NCBI GenBank assembly: GCA_043228905.1
Contig: JBHGNT010000120.1
Span: 11,234-75,233 of the forward strand
Direction of reading: 5' to 3'
DNA length: 64,000 nucleotides
DNA from: Azolla caroliniana
Taxonomy: Eukaryota; Plantae; Polypodiophyta
The notes beneath the pieces were generated by a model. It was not told where the DNA came from and made no database searches. It worked only from the letters and a program-made list of their open reading frames with translations. Shown here piece by piece: positions 51,353 to 64,000 of the stretch. The translations under genes and the position numbers were made by a program. Numbering within the stretch: position 1 is the first letter of the stretch; each line of letters starts with the position of its first letter.

Positions 51353-52115
51353 ATTAGGATTAGGTTCCGCTTCTCGAGAATCGGAATACAACGAGACTGT
51401 TGCGCAATCAATACATGCGTGGATCCCTTGGGGAAGGGATAACATCGCGTATTTGAACGTAATCATCGATCACGACGATGCCGTTCACATATTTCTGATG
51501 CGCATTCGCTCGAGGGAACATATGAACAATGCCTTTCTTGCTTACGCTCGCCGTGCTCCTGTCTGGCCTGGTTTGAATACAAGCGAGTAGACGCAAGAAT
51601 GTGATGACGCCCAGTCGTTGTATGATGTGTATTTGGACGTGGTCCTCAACAAGGATGACGTCGTTTGAAATTTAGAAACAATCTACACGAAGGCCACCGC
51701 TAAGACGTCGCATGCGCGATACTCTTCATTTGGTTAGAGTAGAATGCGCGTATTCGAGATTCAACGATGCAAATTTACGTACGAGTGGAAGAACCTAGCG
51801 GCCGGTATCATGAGACGAGAACGGTATCTACACATCGGAGATTGACAGTTTGAGACGAAAACTCTTCTCGAAGGTCATTTGTATGGTTCATGCATGCTTT
51901 TCTATGGATTGCATTGCATGCGTCACACCGCATACCTTTATCCGATAAACCCATTTAAGCGCATCTCCGTAATGTGGCGAGTAATAGAATGGTAAGGTAA
52001 GTGACAAGAGATCCCATGAAAAATACGATGATCAAGAAATATGATGAGAAATGAGAGATCCTATCCGATCACGTGCGAGATCTTCATTCCTTTCACGTTT
52101 CGATGAATGGTCGAA

Positions 52116-52188
52116 GATCCTATGGCCTAATGGATAAGGCGTTGGTCTTCGAAACCAAAGATTCTAGGTTCGACCCCTAGTAGGATCG
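52116..52188 (+). tRNA. tRNA-Arg(TCG), unit 45
   Basis: Copy of unit 1 gene. Confidence 0.96.
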
Positions 52189-52464
52189 GTTTAGAATCGT
52201 GACCCTAGTGTACGTCGACATCAAGAACACGACGACCAAGGATCATTCACGGAGTCATAATGCGCATCCGTCTCGACCGTCTAGAAAATGCGCGGATCTT
52301 GTATCCGCTGTTTTGGCTTAATGGATGCATTCATTTACGAGGATGATGATGTTTAATAGGTAAAAGAAATGGAACGGTTTATCCGGCACAAATTCCTCAT
52401 CAAAAGTGCATCGCATGTCCATCGCGATCCTCAATGGAAGTACATTTTCCAATGGAAAACCGAA

Positions 52465-52537
52465 GATCCTATGGCCCAATGGATAAGGCGCTGGTCTACG
52501 AAACCAGAGATTCTAGGTTCGATCCCTGGTAGGATCG
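52465..52537 (+). tRNA. tRNA-Arg(ACG), unit 45
   Basis: Copy of unit 1 gene. Confidence 0.96.
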
Positions 52538-53300
52538 ATTAGGATTAGGTTCCGCTTCTCGAGAATCGGAATACAACGAGACTGTTGCGCAATCAATACA
52601 TGCGTGGATCCCTTGGGGAAGGGATAACATCGCGTATTTGAACGTAATCATCGATCACGACGATGCCGTTCACATATTTCTGATGCGCATTCGCTCGAGG
52701 GAACATATGAACAATGCCTTTCTTGCTTACGCTCGCCGTGCTCCTGTCTGGCCTGGTTTGAATACAAGCGAGTAGACGCAAGAATGTGATGACGCCCAGT
52801 CGTTGTATGATGTGTATTTGGACGTGGTCCTCAACAAGGATGACGTCGTTTGAAATTTAGAAACAATCTACACGAAGGCCACCGCTAAGACGTCGCATGC
52901 GCGATACTCTTCATTTGGTTAGAGTAGAATGCGCGTATTCGAGATTCAACGATGCAAATTTACGTACGAGTGGAAGAACCTAGCGGCCGGTATCATGAGA
53001 CGAGAACGGTATCTACACATCGGAGATTGACAGTTTGAGACGAAAACTCTTCTCGAAGGTCATTTGTATGGTTCATGCATGCTTTTCTATGGATTGCATT
53101 GCATGCGTCACACCGCATACCTTTATCCGATAAACCCATTTAAGCGCATCTCCGTAATGTGGCGAGTAATAGAATGGTAAGGTAAGTGACAAGAGATCCC
53201 ATGAAAAATACGATGATCAAGAAATATGATGAGAAATGAGAGATCCTATCCGATCACGTGCGAGATCTTCATTCCTTTCACGTTTCGATGAATGGTCGAA

Positions 53301-53373
53301 GATCCTATGGCCTAATGGATAAGGCGTTGGTCTTCGAAACCAAAGATTCTAGGTTCGACCCCTAGTAGGATCG
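53301..53373 (+). tRNA. tRNA-Arg(TCG), unit 46
   Basis: Copy of unit 1 gene. Confidence 0.96.
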
Positions 53374-53649
53374 GTTTAGAATCGTGACCCTAGTGTACGT
53401 CGACATCAAGAACACGACGACCAAGGATCATTCACGGAGTCATAATGCGCATCCGTCTCGACCGTCTAGAAAATGCGCGGATCTTGTATCCGCTGTTTTG
53501 GCTTAATGGATGCATTCATTTACGAGGATGATGATGTTTAATAGGTAAAAGAAATGGAACGGTTTATCCGGCACAAATTCCTCATCAAAAGTGCATCGCA
53601 TGTCCATCGCGATCCTCAATGGAAGTACATTTTCCAATGGAAAACCGAA

Positions 53650-53722
53650 GATCCTATGGCCCAATGGATAAGGCGCTGGTCTACGAAACCAGAGATTCTA
53701 GGTTCGATCCCTGGTAGGATCG
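53650..53722 (+). tRNA. tRNA-Arg(ACG), unit 46
   Basis: Copy of unit 1 gene. Confidence 0.96.
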
Positions 53723-54485
53723 ATTAGGATTAGGTTCCGCTTCTCGAGAATCGGAATACAACGAGACTGTTGCGCAATCAATACATGCGTGGATCCCTTG
53801 GGGAAGGGATAACATCGCGTATTTGAACGTAATCATCGATCACGACGATGCCGTTCACATATTTCTGATGCGCATTCGCTCGAGGGAACATATGAACAAT
53901 GCCTTTCTTGCTTACGCTCGCCGTGCTCCTGTCTGGCCTGGTTTGAATACAAGCGAGTAGACGCAAGAATGTGATGACGCCCAGTCGTTGTATGATGTGT
54001 ATTTGGACGTGGTCCTCAACAAGGATGACGTCGTTTGAAATTTAGAAACAATCTACACGAAGGCCACCGCTAAGACGTCGCATGCGCGATACTCTTCATT
54101 TGGTTAGAGTAGAATGCGCGTATTCGAGATTCAACGATGCAAATTTACGTACGAGTGGAAGAACCTAGCGGCCGGTATCATGAGACGAGAACGGTATCTA
54201 CACATCGGAGATTGACAGTTTGAGACGAAAACTCTTCTCGAAGGTCATTTGTATGGTTCATGCATGCTTTTCTATGGATTGCATTGCATGCGTCACACCG
54301 CATACCTTTATCCGATAAACCCATTTAAGCGCATCTCCGTAATGTGGCGAGTAATAGAATGGTAAGGTAAGTGACAAGAGATCCCATGAAAAATACGATG
54401 ATCAAGAAATATGATGAGAAATGAGAGATCCTATCCGATCACGTGCGAGATCTTCATTCCTTTCACGTTTCGATGAATGGTCGAA

Positions 54486-54558
54486 GATCCTATGGCCTAA
54501 TGGATAAGGCGTTGGTCTTCGAAACCAAAGATTCTAGGTTCGACCCCTAGTAGGATCG
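54486..54558 (+). tRNA. tRNA-Arg(TCG), unit 47
   Basis: Copy of unit 1 gene. Confidence 0.96.
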
Positions 54559-54834
54559 GTTTAGAATCGTGACCCTAGTGTACGTCGACATCAAGAACAC
54601 GACGACCAAGGATCATTCACGGAGTCATAATGCGCATCCGTCTCGACCGTCTAGAAAATGCGCGGATCTTGTATCCGCTGTTTTGGCTTAATGGATGCAT
54701 TCATTTACGAGGATGATGATGTTTAATAGGTAAAAGAAATGGAACGGTTTATCCGGCACAAATTCCTCATCAAAAGTGCATCGCATGTCCATCGCGATCC
54801 TCAATGGAAGTACATTTTCCAATGGAAAACCGAA

Positions 54835-54907
54835 GATCCTATGGCCCAATGGATAAGGCGCTGGTCTACGAAACCAGAGATTCTAGGTTCGATCCCTGGT
54901 AGGATCG
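54835..54907 (+). tRNA. tRNA-Arg(ACG), unit 47
   Basis: Copy of unit 1 gene. Confidence 0.96.
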
Positions 54908-55670
54908 ATTAGGATTAGGTTCCGCTTCTCGAGAATCGGAATACAACGAGACTGTTGCGCAATCAATACATGCGTGGATCCCTTGGGGAAGGGATAACAT
55001 CGCGTATTTGAACGTAATCATCGATCACGACGATGCCGTTCACATATTTCTGATGCGCATTCGCTCGAGGGAACATATGAACAATGCCTTTCTTGCTTAC
55101 GCTCGCCGTGCTCCTGTCTGGCCTGGTTTGAATACAAGCGAGTAGACGCAAGAATGTGATGACGCCCAGTCGTTGTATGATGTGTATTTGGACGTGGTCC
55201 TCAACAAGGATGACGTCGTTTGAAATTTAGAAACAATCTACACGAAGGCCACCGCTAAGACGTCGCATGCGCGATACTCTTCATTTGGTTAGAGTAGAAT
55301 GCGCGTATTCGAGATTCAACGATGCAAATTTACGTACGAGTGGAAGAACCTAGCGGCCGGTATCATGAGACGAGAACGGTATCTACACATCGGAGATTGA
55401 CAGTTTGAGACGAAAACTCTTCTCGAAGGTCATTTGTATGGTTCATGCATGCTTTTCTATGGATTGCATTGCATGCGTCACACCGCATACCTTTATCCGA
55501 TAAACCCATTTAAGCGCATCTCCGTAATGTGGCGAGTAATAGAATGGTAAGGTAAGTGACAAGAGATCCCATGAAAAATACGATGATCAAGAAATATGAT
55601 GAGAAATGAGAGATCCTATCCGATCACGTGCGAGATCTTCATTCCTTTCACGTTTCGATGAATGGTCGAA

Positions 55671-55743
55671 GATCCTATGGCCTAATGGATAAGGCGTTGG
55701 TCTTCGAAACCAAAGATTCTAGGTTCGACCCCTAGTAGGATCG
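55671..55743 (+). tRNA. tRNA-Arg(TCG), unit 48
   Basis: Copy of unit 1 gene. Confidence 0.96.
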
Positions 55744-56019
55744 GTTTAGAATCGTGACCCTAGTGTACGTCGACATCAAGAACACGACGACCAAGGATCA
55801 TTCACGGAGTCATAATGCGCATCCGTCTCGACCGTCTAGAAAATGCGCGGATCTTGTATCCGCTGTTTTGGCTTAATGGATGCATTCATTTACGAGGATG
55901 ATGATGTTTAATAGGTAAAAGAAATGGAACGGTTTATCCGGCACAAATTCCTCATCAAAAGTGCATCGCATGTCCATCGCGATCCTCAATGGAAGTACAT
56001 TTTCCAATGGAAAACCGAA

Positions 56020-56092
56020 GATCCTATGGCCCAATGGATAAGGCGCTGGTCTACGAAACCAGAGATTCTAGGTTCGATCCCTGGTAGGATCG
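56020..56092 (+). tRNA. tRNA-Arg(ACG), unit 48
   Basis: Copy of unit 1 gene. Confidence 0.96.
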
Positions 56093-56855
56093 ATTAGGAT
56101 TAGGTTCCGCTTCTCGAGAATCGGAATACAACGAGACTGTTGCGCAATCAATACATGCGTGGATCCCTTGGGGAAGGGATAACATCGCGTATTTGAACGT
56201 AATCATCGATCACGACGATGCCGTTCACATATTTCTGATGCGCATTCGCTCGAGGGAACATATGAACAATGCCTTTCTTGCTTACGCTCGCCGTGCTCCT
56301 GTCTGGCCTGGTTTGAATACAAGCGAGTAGACGCAAGAATGTGATGACGCCCAGTCGTTGTATGATGTGTATTTGGACGTGGTCCTCAACAAGGATGACG
56401 TCGTTTGAAATTTAGAAACAATCTACACGAAGGCCACCGCTAAGACGTCGCATGCGCGATACTCTTCATTTGGTTAGAGTAGAATGCGCGTATTCGAGAT
56501 TCAACGATGCAAATTTACGTACGAGTGGAAGAACCTAGCGGCCGGTATCATGAGACGAGAACGGTATCTACACATCGGAGATTGACAGTTTGAGACGAAA
56601 ACTCTTCTCGAAGGTCATTTGTATGGTTCATGCATGCTTTTCTATGGATTGCATTGCATGCGTCACACCGCATACCTTTATCCGATAAACCCATTTAAGC
56701 GCATCTCCGTAATGTGGCGAGTAATAGAATGGTAAGGTAAGTGACAAGAGATCCCATGAAAAATACGATGATCAAGAAATATGATGAGAAATGAGAGATC
56801 CTATCCGATCACGTGCGAGATCTTCATTCCTTTCACGTTTCGATGAATGGTCGAA

Positions 56856-56928
56856 GATCCTATGGCCTAATGGATAAGGCGTTGGTCTTCGAAACCAAAG
56901 ATTCTAGGTTCGACCCCTAGTAGGATCG
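56856..56928 (+). tRNA. tRNA-Arg(TCG), unit 49
   Basis: Copy of unit 1 gene. Confidence 0.96.
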
Positions 56929-57204
56929 GTTTAGAATCGTGACCCTAGTGTACGTCGACATCAAGAACACGACGACCAAGGATCATTCACGGAGTCATAA
57001 TGCGCATCCGTCTCGACCGTCTAGAAAATGCGCGGATCTTGTATCCGCTGTTTTGGCTTAATGGATGCATTCATTTACGAGGATGATGATGTTTAATAGG
57101 TAAAAGAAATGGAACGGTTTATCCGGCACAAATTCCTCATCAAAAGTGCATCGCATGTCCATCGCGATCCTCAATGGAAGTACATTTTCCAATGGAAAAC
57201 CGAA

Positions 57205-57277
57205 GATCCTATGGCCCAATGGATAAGGCGCTGGTCTACGAAACCAGAGATTCTAGGTTCGATCCCTGGTAGGATCG
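57205..57277 (+). tRNA. tRNA-Arg(ACG), unit 49
   Basis: Copy of unit 1 gene. Confidence 0.96.
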
Positions 57278-58040
57278 ATTAGGATTAGGTTCCGCTTCTC
57301 GAGAATCGGAATACAACGAGACTGTTGCGCAATCAATACATGCGTGGATCCCTTGGGGAAGGGATAACATCGCGTATTTGAACGTAATCATCGATCACGA
57401 CGATGCCGTTCACATATTTCTGATGCGCATTCGCTCGAGGGAACATATGAACAATGCCTTTCTTGCTTACGCTCGCCGTGCTCCTGTCTGGCCTGGTTTG
57501 AATACAAGCGAGTAGACGCAAGAATGTGATGACGCCCAGTCGTTGTATGATGTGTATTTGGACGTGGTCCTCAACAAGGATGACGTCGTTTGAAATTTAG
57601 AAACAATCTACACGAAGGCCACCGCTAAGACGTCGCATGCGCGATACTCTTCATTTGGTTAGAGTAGAATGCGCGTATTCGAGATTCAACGATGCAAATT
57701 TACGTACGAGTGGAAGAACCTAGCGGCCGGTATCATGAGACGAGAACGGTATCTACACATCGGAGATTGACAGTTTGAGACGAAAACTCTTCTCGAAGGT
57801 CATTTGTATGGTTCATGCATGCTTTTCTATGGATTGCATTGCATGCGTCACACCGCATACCTTTATCCGATAAACCCATTTAAGCGCATCTCCGTAATGT
57901 GGCGAGTAATAGAATGGTAAGGTAAGTGACAAGAGATCCCATGAAAAATACGATGATCAAGAAATATGATGAGAAATGAGAGATCCTATCCGATCACGTG
58001 CGAGATCTTCATTCCTTTCACGTTTCGATGAATGGTCGAA

Positions 58041-58113
58041 GATCCTATGGCCTAATGGATAAGGCGTTGGTCTTCGAAACCAAAGATTCTAGGTTCGACC
58101 CCTAGTAGGATCG
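58041..58113 (+). tRNA. tRNA-Arg(TCG), unit 50
   Basis: Copy of unit 1 gene. Confidence 0.96.
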
Positions 58114-58389
58114 GTTTAGAATCGTGACCCTAGTGTACGTCGACATCAAGAACACGACGACCAAGGATCATTCACGGAGTCATAATGCGCATCCGTCTCG
58201 ACCGTCTAGAAAATGCGCGGATCTTGTATCCGCTGTTTTGGCTTAATGGATGCATTCATTTACGAGGATGATGATGTTTAATAGGTAAAAGAAATGGAAC
58301 GGTTTATCCGGCACAAATTCCTCATCAAAAGTGCATCGCATGTCCATCGCGATCCTCAATGGAAGTACATTTTCCAATGGAAAACCGAA

Positions 58390-58462
58390 GATCCTATGGC
58401 CCAATGGATAAGGCGCTGGTCTACGAAACCAGAGATTCTAGGTTCGATCCCTGGTAGGATCG
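58390..58462 (+). tRNA. tRNA-Arg(ACG), unit 50
   Basis: Copy of unit 1 gene. Confidence 0.96.
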
Positions 58463-59225
58463 ATTAGGATTAGGTTCCGCTTCTCGAGAATCGGAATACA
58501 ACGAGACTGTTGCGCAATCAATACATGCGTGGATCCCTTGGGGAAGGGATAACATCGCGTATTTGAACGTAATCATCGATCACGACGATGCCGTTCACAT
58601 ATTTCTGATGCGCATTCGCTCGAGGGAACATATGAACAATGCCTTTCTTGCTTACGCTCGCCGTGCTCCTGTCTGGCCTGGTTTGAATACAAGCGAGTAG
58701 ACGCAAGAATGTGATGACGCCCAGTCGTTGTATGATGTGTATTTGGACGTGGTCCTCAACAAGGATGACGTCGTTTGAAATTTAGAAACAATCTACACGA
58801 AGGCCACCGCTAAGACGTCGCATGCGCGATACTCTTCATTTGGTTAGAGTAGAATGCGCGTATTCGAGATTCAACGATGCAAATTTACGTACGAGTGGAA
58901 GAACCTAGCGGCCGGTATCATGAGACGAGAACGGTATCTACACATCGGAGATTGACAGTTTGAGACGAAAACTCTTCTCGAAGGTCATTTGTATGGTTCA
59001 TGCATGCTTTTCTATGGATTGCATTGCATGCGTCACACCGCATACCTTTATCCGATAAACCCATTTAAGCGCATCTCCGTAATGTGGCGAGTAATAGAAT
59101 GGTAAGGTAAGTGACAAGAGATCCCATGAAAAATACGATGATCAAGAAATATGATGAGAAATGAGAGATCCTATCCGATCACGTGCGAGATCTTCATTCC
59201 TTTCACGTTTCGATGAATGGTCGAA

Positions 59226-59298
59226 GATCCTATGGCCTAATGGATAAGGCGTTGGTCTTCGAAACCAAAGATTCTAGGTTCGACCCCTAGTAGGATCG
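59226..59298 (+). tRNA. tRNA-Arg(TCG), unit 51
   Basis: Copy of unit 1 gene. Confidence 0.96.
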
Positions 59299-59574
59299 GT
59301 TTAGAATCGTGACCCTAGTGTACGTCGACATCAAGAACACGACGACCAAGGATCATTCACGGAGTCATAATGCGCATCCGTCTCGACCGTCTAGAAAATG
59401 CGCGGATCTTGTATCCGCTGTTTTGGCTTAATGGATGCATTCATTTACGAGGATGATGATGTTTAATAGGTAAAAGAAATGGAACGGTTTATCCGGCACA
59501 AATTCCTCATCAAAAGTGCATCGCATGTCCATCGCGATCCTCAATGGAAGTACATTTTCCAATGGAAAACCGAA

Positions 59575-59647
59575 GATCCTATGGCCCAATGGATAAGGCG
59601 CTGGTCTACGAAACCAGAGATTCTAGGTTCGATCCCTGGTAGGATCG
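59575..59647 (+). tRNA. tRNA-Arg(ACG), unit 51
   Basis: Copy of unit 1 gene. Confidence 0.96.
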
Positions 59648-60410
59648 ATTAGGATTAGGTTCCGCTTCTCGAGAATCGGAATACAACGAGACTGTTGCGC
59701 AATCAATACATGCGTGGATCCCTTGGGGAAGGGATAACATCGCGTATTTGAACGTAATCATCGATCACGACGATGCCGTTCACATATTTCTGATGCGCAT
59801 TCGCTCGAGGGAACATATGAACAATGCCTTTCTTGCTTACGCTCGCCGTGCTCCTGTCTGGCCTGGTTTGAATACAAGCGAGTAGACGCAAGAATGTGAT
59901 GACGCCCAGTCGTTGTATGATGTGTATTTGGACGTGGTCCTCAACAAGGATGACGTCGTTTGAAATTTAGAAACAATCTACACGAAGGCCACCGCTAAGA
60001 CGTCGCATGCGCGATACTCTTCATTTGGTTAGAGTAGAATGCGCGTATTCGAGATTCAACGATGCAAATTTACGTACGAGTGGAAGAACCTAGCGGCCGG
60101 TATCATGAGACGAGAACGGTATCTACACATCGGAGATTGACAGTTTGAGACGAAAACTCTTCTCGAAGGTCATTTGTATGGTTCATGCATGCTTTTCTAT
60201 GGATTGCATTGCATGCGTCACACCGCATACCTTTATCCGATAAACCCATTTAAGCGCATCTCCGTAATGTGGCGAGTAATAGAATGGTAAGGTAAGTGAC
60301 AAGAGATCCCATGAAAAATACGATGATCAAGAAATATGATGAGAAATGAGAGATCCTATCCGATCACGTGCGAGATCTTCATTCCTTTCACGTTTCGATG
60401 AATGGTCGAA

Positions 60411-60483
60411 GATCCTATGGCCTAATGGATAAGGCGTTGGTCTTCGAAACCAAAGATTCTAGGTTCGACCCCTAGTAGGATCG
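60411..60483 (+). tRNA. tRNA-Arg(TCG), unit 52
   Basis: Copy of unit 1 gene. Confidence 0.96.
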
Positions 60484-60759
60484 GTTTAGAATCGTGACCC
60501 TAGTGTACGTCGACATCAAGAACACGACGACCAAGGATCATTCACGGAGTCATAATGCGCATCCGTCTCGACCGTCTAGAAAATGCGCGGATCTTGTATC
60601 CGCTGTTTTGGCTTAATGGATGCATTCATTTACGAGGATGATGATGTTTAATAGGTAAAAGAAATGGAACGGTTTATCCGGCACAAATTCCTCATCAAAA
60701 GTGCATCGCATGTCCATCGCGATCCTCAATGGAAGTACATTTTCCAATGGAAAACCGAA

Positions 60760-60832
60760 GATCCTATGGCCCAATGGATAAGGCGCTGGTCTACGAAACC
60801 AGAGATTCTAGGTTCGATCCCTGGTAGGATCG
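60760..60832 (+). tRNA. tRNA-Arg(ACG), unit 52
   Basis: Copy of unit 1 gene. Confidence 0.96.
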
Positions 60833-61595
60833 ATTAGGATTAGGTTCCGCTTCTCGAGAATCGGAATACAACGAGACTGTTGCGCAATCAATACATGCGT
60901 GGATCCCTTGGGGAAGGGATAACATCGCGTATTTGAACGTAATCATCGATCACGACGATGCCGTTCACATATTTCTGATGCGCATTCGCTCGAGGGAACA
61001 TATGAACAATGCCTTTCTTGCTTACGCTCGCCGTGCTCCTGTCTGGCCTGGTTTGAATACAAGCGAGTAGACGCAAGAATGTGATGACGCCCAGTCGTTG
61101 TATGATGTGTATTTGGACGTGGTCCTCAACAAGGATGACGTCGTTTGAAATTTAGAAACAATCTACACGAAGGCCACCGCTAAGACGTCGCATGCGCGAT
61201 ACTCTTCATTTGGTTAGAGTAGAATGCGCGTATTCGAGATTCAACGATGCAAATTTACGTACGAGTGGAAGAACCTAGCGGCCGGTATCATGAGACGAGA
61301 ACGGTATCTACACATCGGAGATTGACAGTTTGAGACGAAAACTCTTCTCGAAGGTCATTTGTATGGTTCATGCATGCTTTTCTATGGATTGCATTGCATG
61401 CGTCACACCGCATACCTTTATCCGATAAACCCATTTAAGCGCATCTCCGTAATGTGGCGAGTAATAGAATGGTAAGGTAAGTGACAAGAGATCCCATGAA
61501 AAATACGATGATCAAGAAATATGATGAGAAATGAGAGATCCTATCCGATCACGTGCGAGATCTTCATTCCTTTCACGTTTCGATGAATGGTCGAA

Positions 61596-61668
61596 GATCC
61601 TATGGCCTAATGGATAAGGCGTTGGTCTTCGAAACCAAAGATTCTAGGTTCGACCCCTAGTAGGATCG
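61596..61668 (+). tRNA. tRNA-Arg(TCG), unit 53
   Basis: Copy of unit 1 gene. Confidence 0.96.
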
Positions 61669-61944
61669 GTTTAGAATCGTGACCCTAGTGTACGTCGACA
61701 TCAAGAACACGACGACCAAGGATCATTCACGGAGTCATAATGCGCATCCGTCTCGACCGTCTAGAAAATGCGCGGATCTTGTATCCGCTGTTTTGGCTTA
61801 ATGGATGCATTCATTTACGAGGATGATGATGTTTAATAGGTAAAAGAAATGGAACGGTTTATCCGGCACAAATTCCTCATCAAAAGTGCATCGCATGTCC
61901 ATCGCGATCCTCAATGGAAGTACATTTTCCAATGGAAAACCGAA

Positions 61945-62017
61945 GATCCTATGGCCCAATGGATAAGGCGCTGGTCTACGAAACCAGAGATTCTAGGTTC
62001 GATCCCTGGTAGGATCG
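61945..62017 (+). tRNA. tRNA-Arg(ACG), unit 53
   Basis: Copy of unit 1 gene. Confidence 0.96.
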
Positions 62018-62780
62018 ATTAGGATTAGGTTCCGCTTCTCGAGAATCGGAATACAACGAGACTGTTGCGCAATCAATACATGCGTGGATCCCTTGGGGAA
62101 GGGATAACATCGCGTATTTGAACGTAATCATCGATCACGACGATGCCGTTCACATATTTCTGATGCGCATTCGCTCGAGGGAACATATGAACAATGCCTT
62201 TCTTGCTTACGCTCGCCGTGCTCCTGTCTGGCCTGGTTTGAATACAAGCGAGTAGACGCAAGAATGTGATGACGCCCAGTCGTTGTATGATGTGTATTTG
62301 GACGTGGTCCTCAACAAGGATGACGTCGTTTGAAATTTAGAAACAATCTACACGAAGGCCACCGCTAAGACGTCGCATGCGCGATACTCTTCATTTGGTT
62401 AGAGTAGAATGCGCGTATTCGAGATTCAACGATGCAAATTTACGTACGAGTGGAAGAACCTAGCGGCCGGTATCATGAGACGAGAACGGTATCTACACAT
62501 CGGAGATTGACAGTTTGAGACGAAAACTCTTCTCGAAGGTCATTTGTATGGTTCATGCATGCTTTTCTATGGATTGCATTGCATGCGTCACACCGCATAC
62601 CTTTATCCGATAAACCCATTTAAGCGCATCTCCGTAATGTGGCGAGTAATAGAATGGTAAGGTAAGTGACAAGAGATCCCATGAAAAATACGATGATCAA
62701 GAAATATGATGAGAAATGAGAGATCCTATCCGATCACGTGCGAGATCTTCATTCCTTTCACGTTTCGATGAATGGTCGAA

Positions 62781-62853
62781 GATCCTATGGCCTAATGGAT
62801 AAGGCGTTGGTCTTCGAAACCAAAGATTCTAGGTTCGACCCCTAGTAGGATCG
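62781..62853 (+). tRNA. tRNA-Arg(TCG), unit 54
   Basis: Copy of unit 1 gene. Confidence 0.96.
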
Positions 62854-63129
62854 GTTTAGAATCGTGACCCTAGTGTACGTCGACATCAAGAACACGACGA
62901 CCAAGGATCATTCACGGAGTCATAATGCGCATCCGTCTCGACCGTCTAGAAAATGCGCGGATCTTGTATCCGCTGTTTTGGCTTAATGGATGCATTCATT
63001 TACGAGGATGATGATGTTTAATAGGTAAAAGAAATGGAACGGTTTATCCGGCACAAATTCCTCATCAAAAGTGCATCGCATGTCCATCGCGATCCTCAAT
63101 GGAAGTACATTTTCCAATGGAAAACCGAA

Positions 63130-63202
63130 GATCCTATGGCCCAATGGATAAGGCGCTGGTCTACGAAACCAGAGATTCTAGGTTCGATCCCTGGTAGGAT
63201 CG
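63130..63202 (+). tRNA. tRNA-Arg(ACG), unit 54
   Basis: Copy of unit 1 gene. Confidence 0.96.
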
Positions 63203-63965
63203 ATTAGGATTAGGTTCCGCTTCTCGAGAATCGGAATACAACGAGACTGTTGCGCAATCAATACATGCGTGGATCCCTTGGGGAAGGGATAACATCGCGT
63301 ATTTGAACGTAATCATCGATCACGACGATGCCGTTCACATATTTCTGATGCGCATTCGCTCGAGGGAACATATGAACAATGCCTTTCTTGCTTACGCTCG
63401 CCGTGCTCCTGTCTGGCCTGGTTTGAATACAAGCGAGTAGACGCAAGAATGTGATGACGCCCAGTCGTTGTATGATGTGTATTTGGACGTGGTCCTCAAC
63501 AAGGATGACGTCGTTTGAAATTTAGAAACAATCTACACGAAGGCCACCGCTAAGACGTCGCATGCGCGATACTCTTCATTTGGTTAGAGTAGAATGCGCG
63601 TATTCGAGATTCAACGATGCAAATTTACGTACGAGTGGAAGAACCTAGCGGCCGGTATCATGAGACGAGAACGGTATCTACACATCGGAGATTGACAGTT
63701 TGAGACGAAAACTCTTCTCGAAGGTCATTTGTATGGTTCATGCATGCTTTTCTATGGATTGCATTGCATGCGTCACACCGCATACCTTTATCCGATAAAC
63801 CCATTTAAGCGCATCTCCGTAATGTGGCGAGTAATAGAATGGTAAGGTAAGTGACAAGAGATCCCATGAAAAATACGATGATCAAGAAATATGATGAGAA
63901 ATGAGAGATCCTATCCGATCACGTGCGAGATCTTCATTCCTTTCACGTTTCGATGAATGGTCGAA

Positions 63966-64000
63966 GATCCTATGGCCTAATGGATAAGGCGTTGGTCTTC
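63966..64000 (+). tRNA. tRNA-Arg(TCG), unit 55, 5' half (cut by window end)
   Basis: Identical to positions 5-39 of unit 1. Confidence 0.9.

Larger units (their letters stand above)
1..64000 (+). repeat. Tandem array of a 1185-bp [tRNA-Arg(TCG), tRNA-Arg(ACG)] unit; 54 full copies plus a partial 55th; open at both window ends
   Basis: The same sequence recurs every 1185 bp (ORF-track starts 482, 1667, 2852...). Only unit 3 (1157 bp) and unit 6 (1184 bp) differ in length. Confidence 0.99.

Noticed and set aside
1-64000. CRISPR array, SINE or synthetic concatemer interpretation
   Set aside because: The spacers are identical rather than unique and there are no cas genes. The tRNAs are intact with no poly(A) tail or target-site duplications. 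No vector elements are present and variants are arranged in natural-looking blocks.

Overview
The whole window is one head-to-tail tandem array of a 1185-bp unit: 54 complete copies plus the first 39 bp of a 55th, nearly identical, running off both window ends. Each unit carries two intronless 73-nt eukaryotic-type tRNA-Arg genes on the + strand with no encoded CCA: tRNA-Arg(TCG) at unit positions 5-77 and tRNA-Arg(ACG) at 354-426. That gives 108 complete tRNA genes, separated by spacers of 276 and 763 bp. The two isoacceptors differ at only 6 of 73 positions. I see no credible protein-coding gene. The spacers lack STR blocks and have no oligo-dT terminator next to the genes, but they are dense in back-to-back inverted repeats. 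The few variants I found by eye fall mostly in blocks of neighbouring copies. Unit starts are 1, 1186, 2371, 3528 (after a 28-bp deletion in unit 3), 4713, 5898, 7082 (after a 1-bp deletion in unit 6), then every 1185 bp. The organism cannot be identified from this window. All structure calls are manual.
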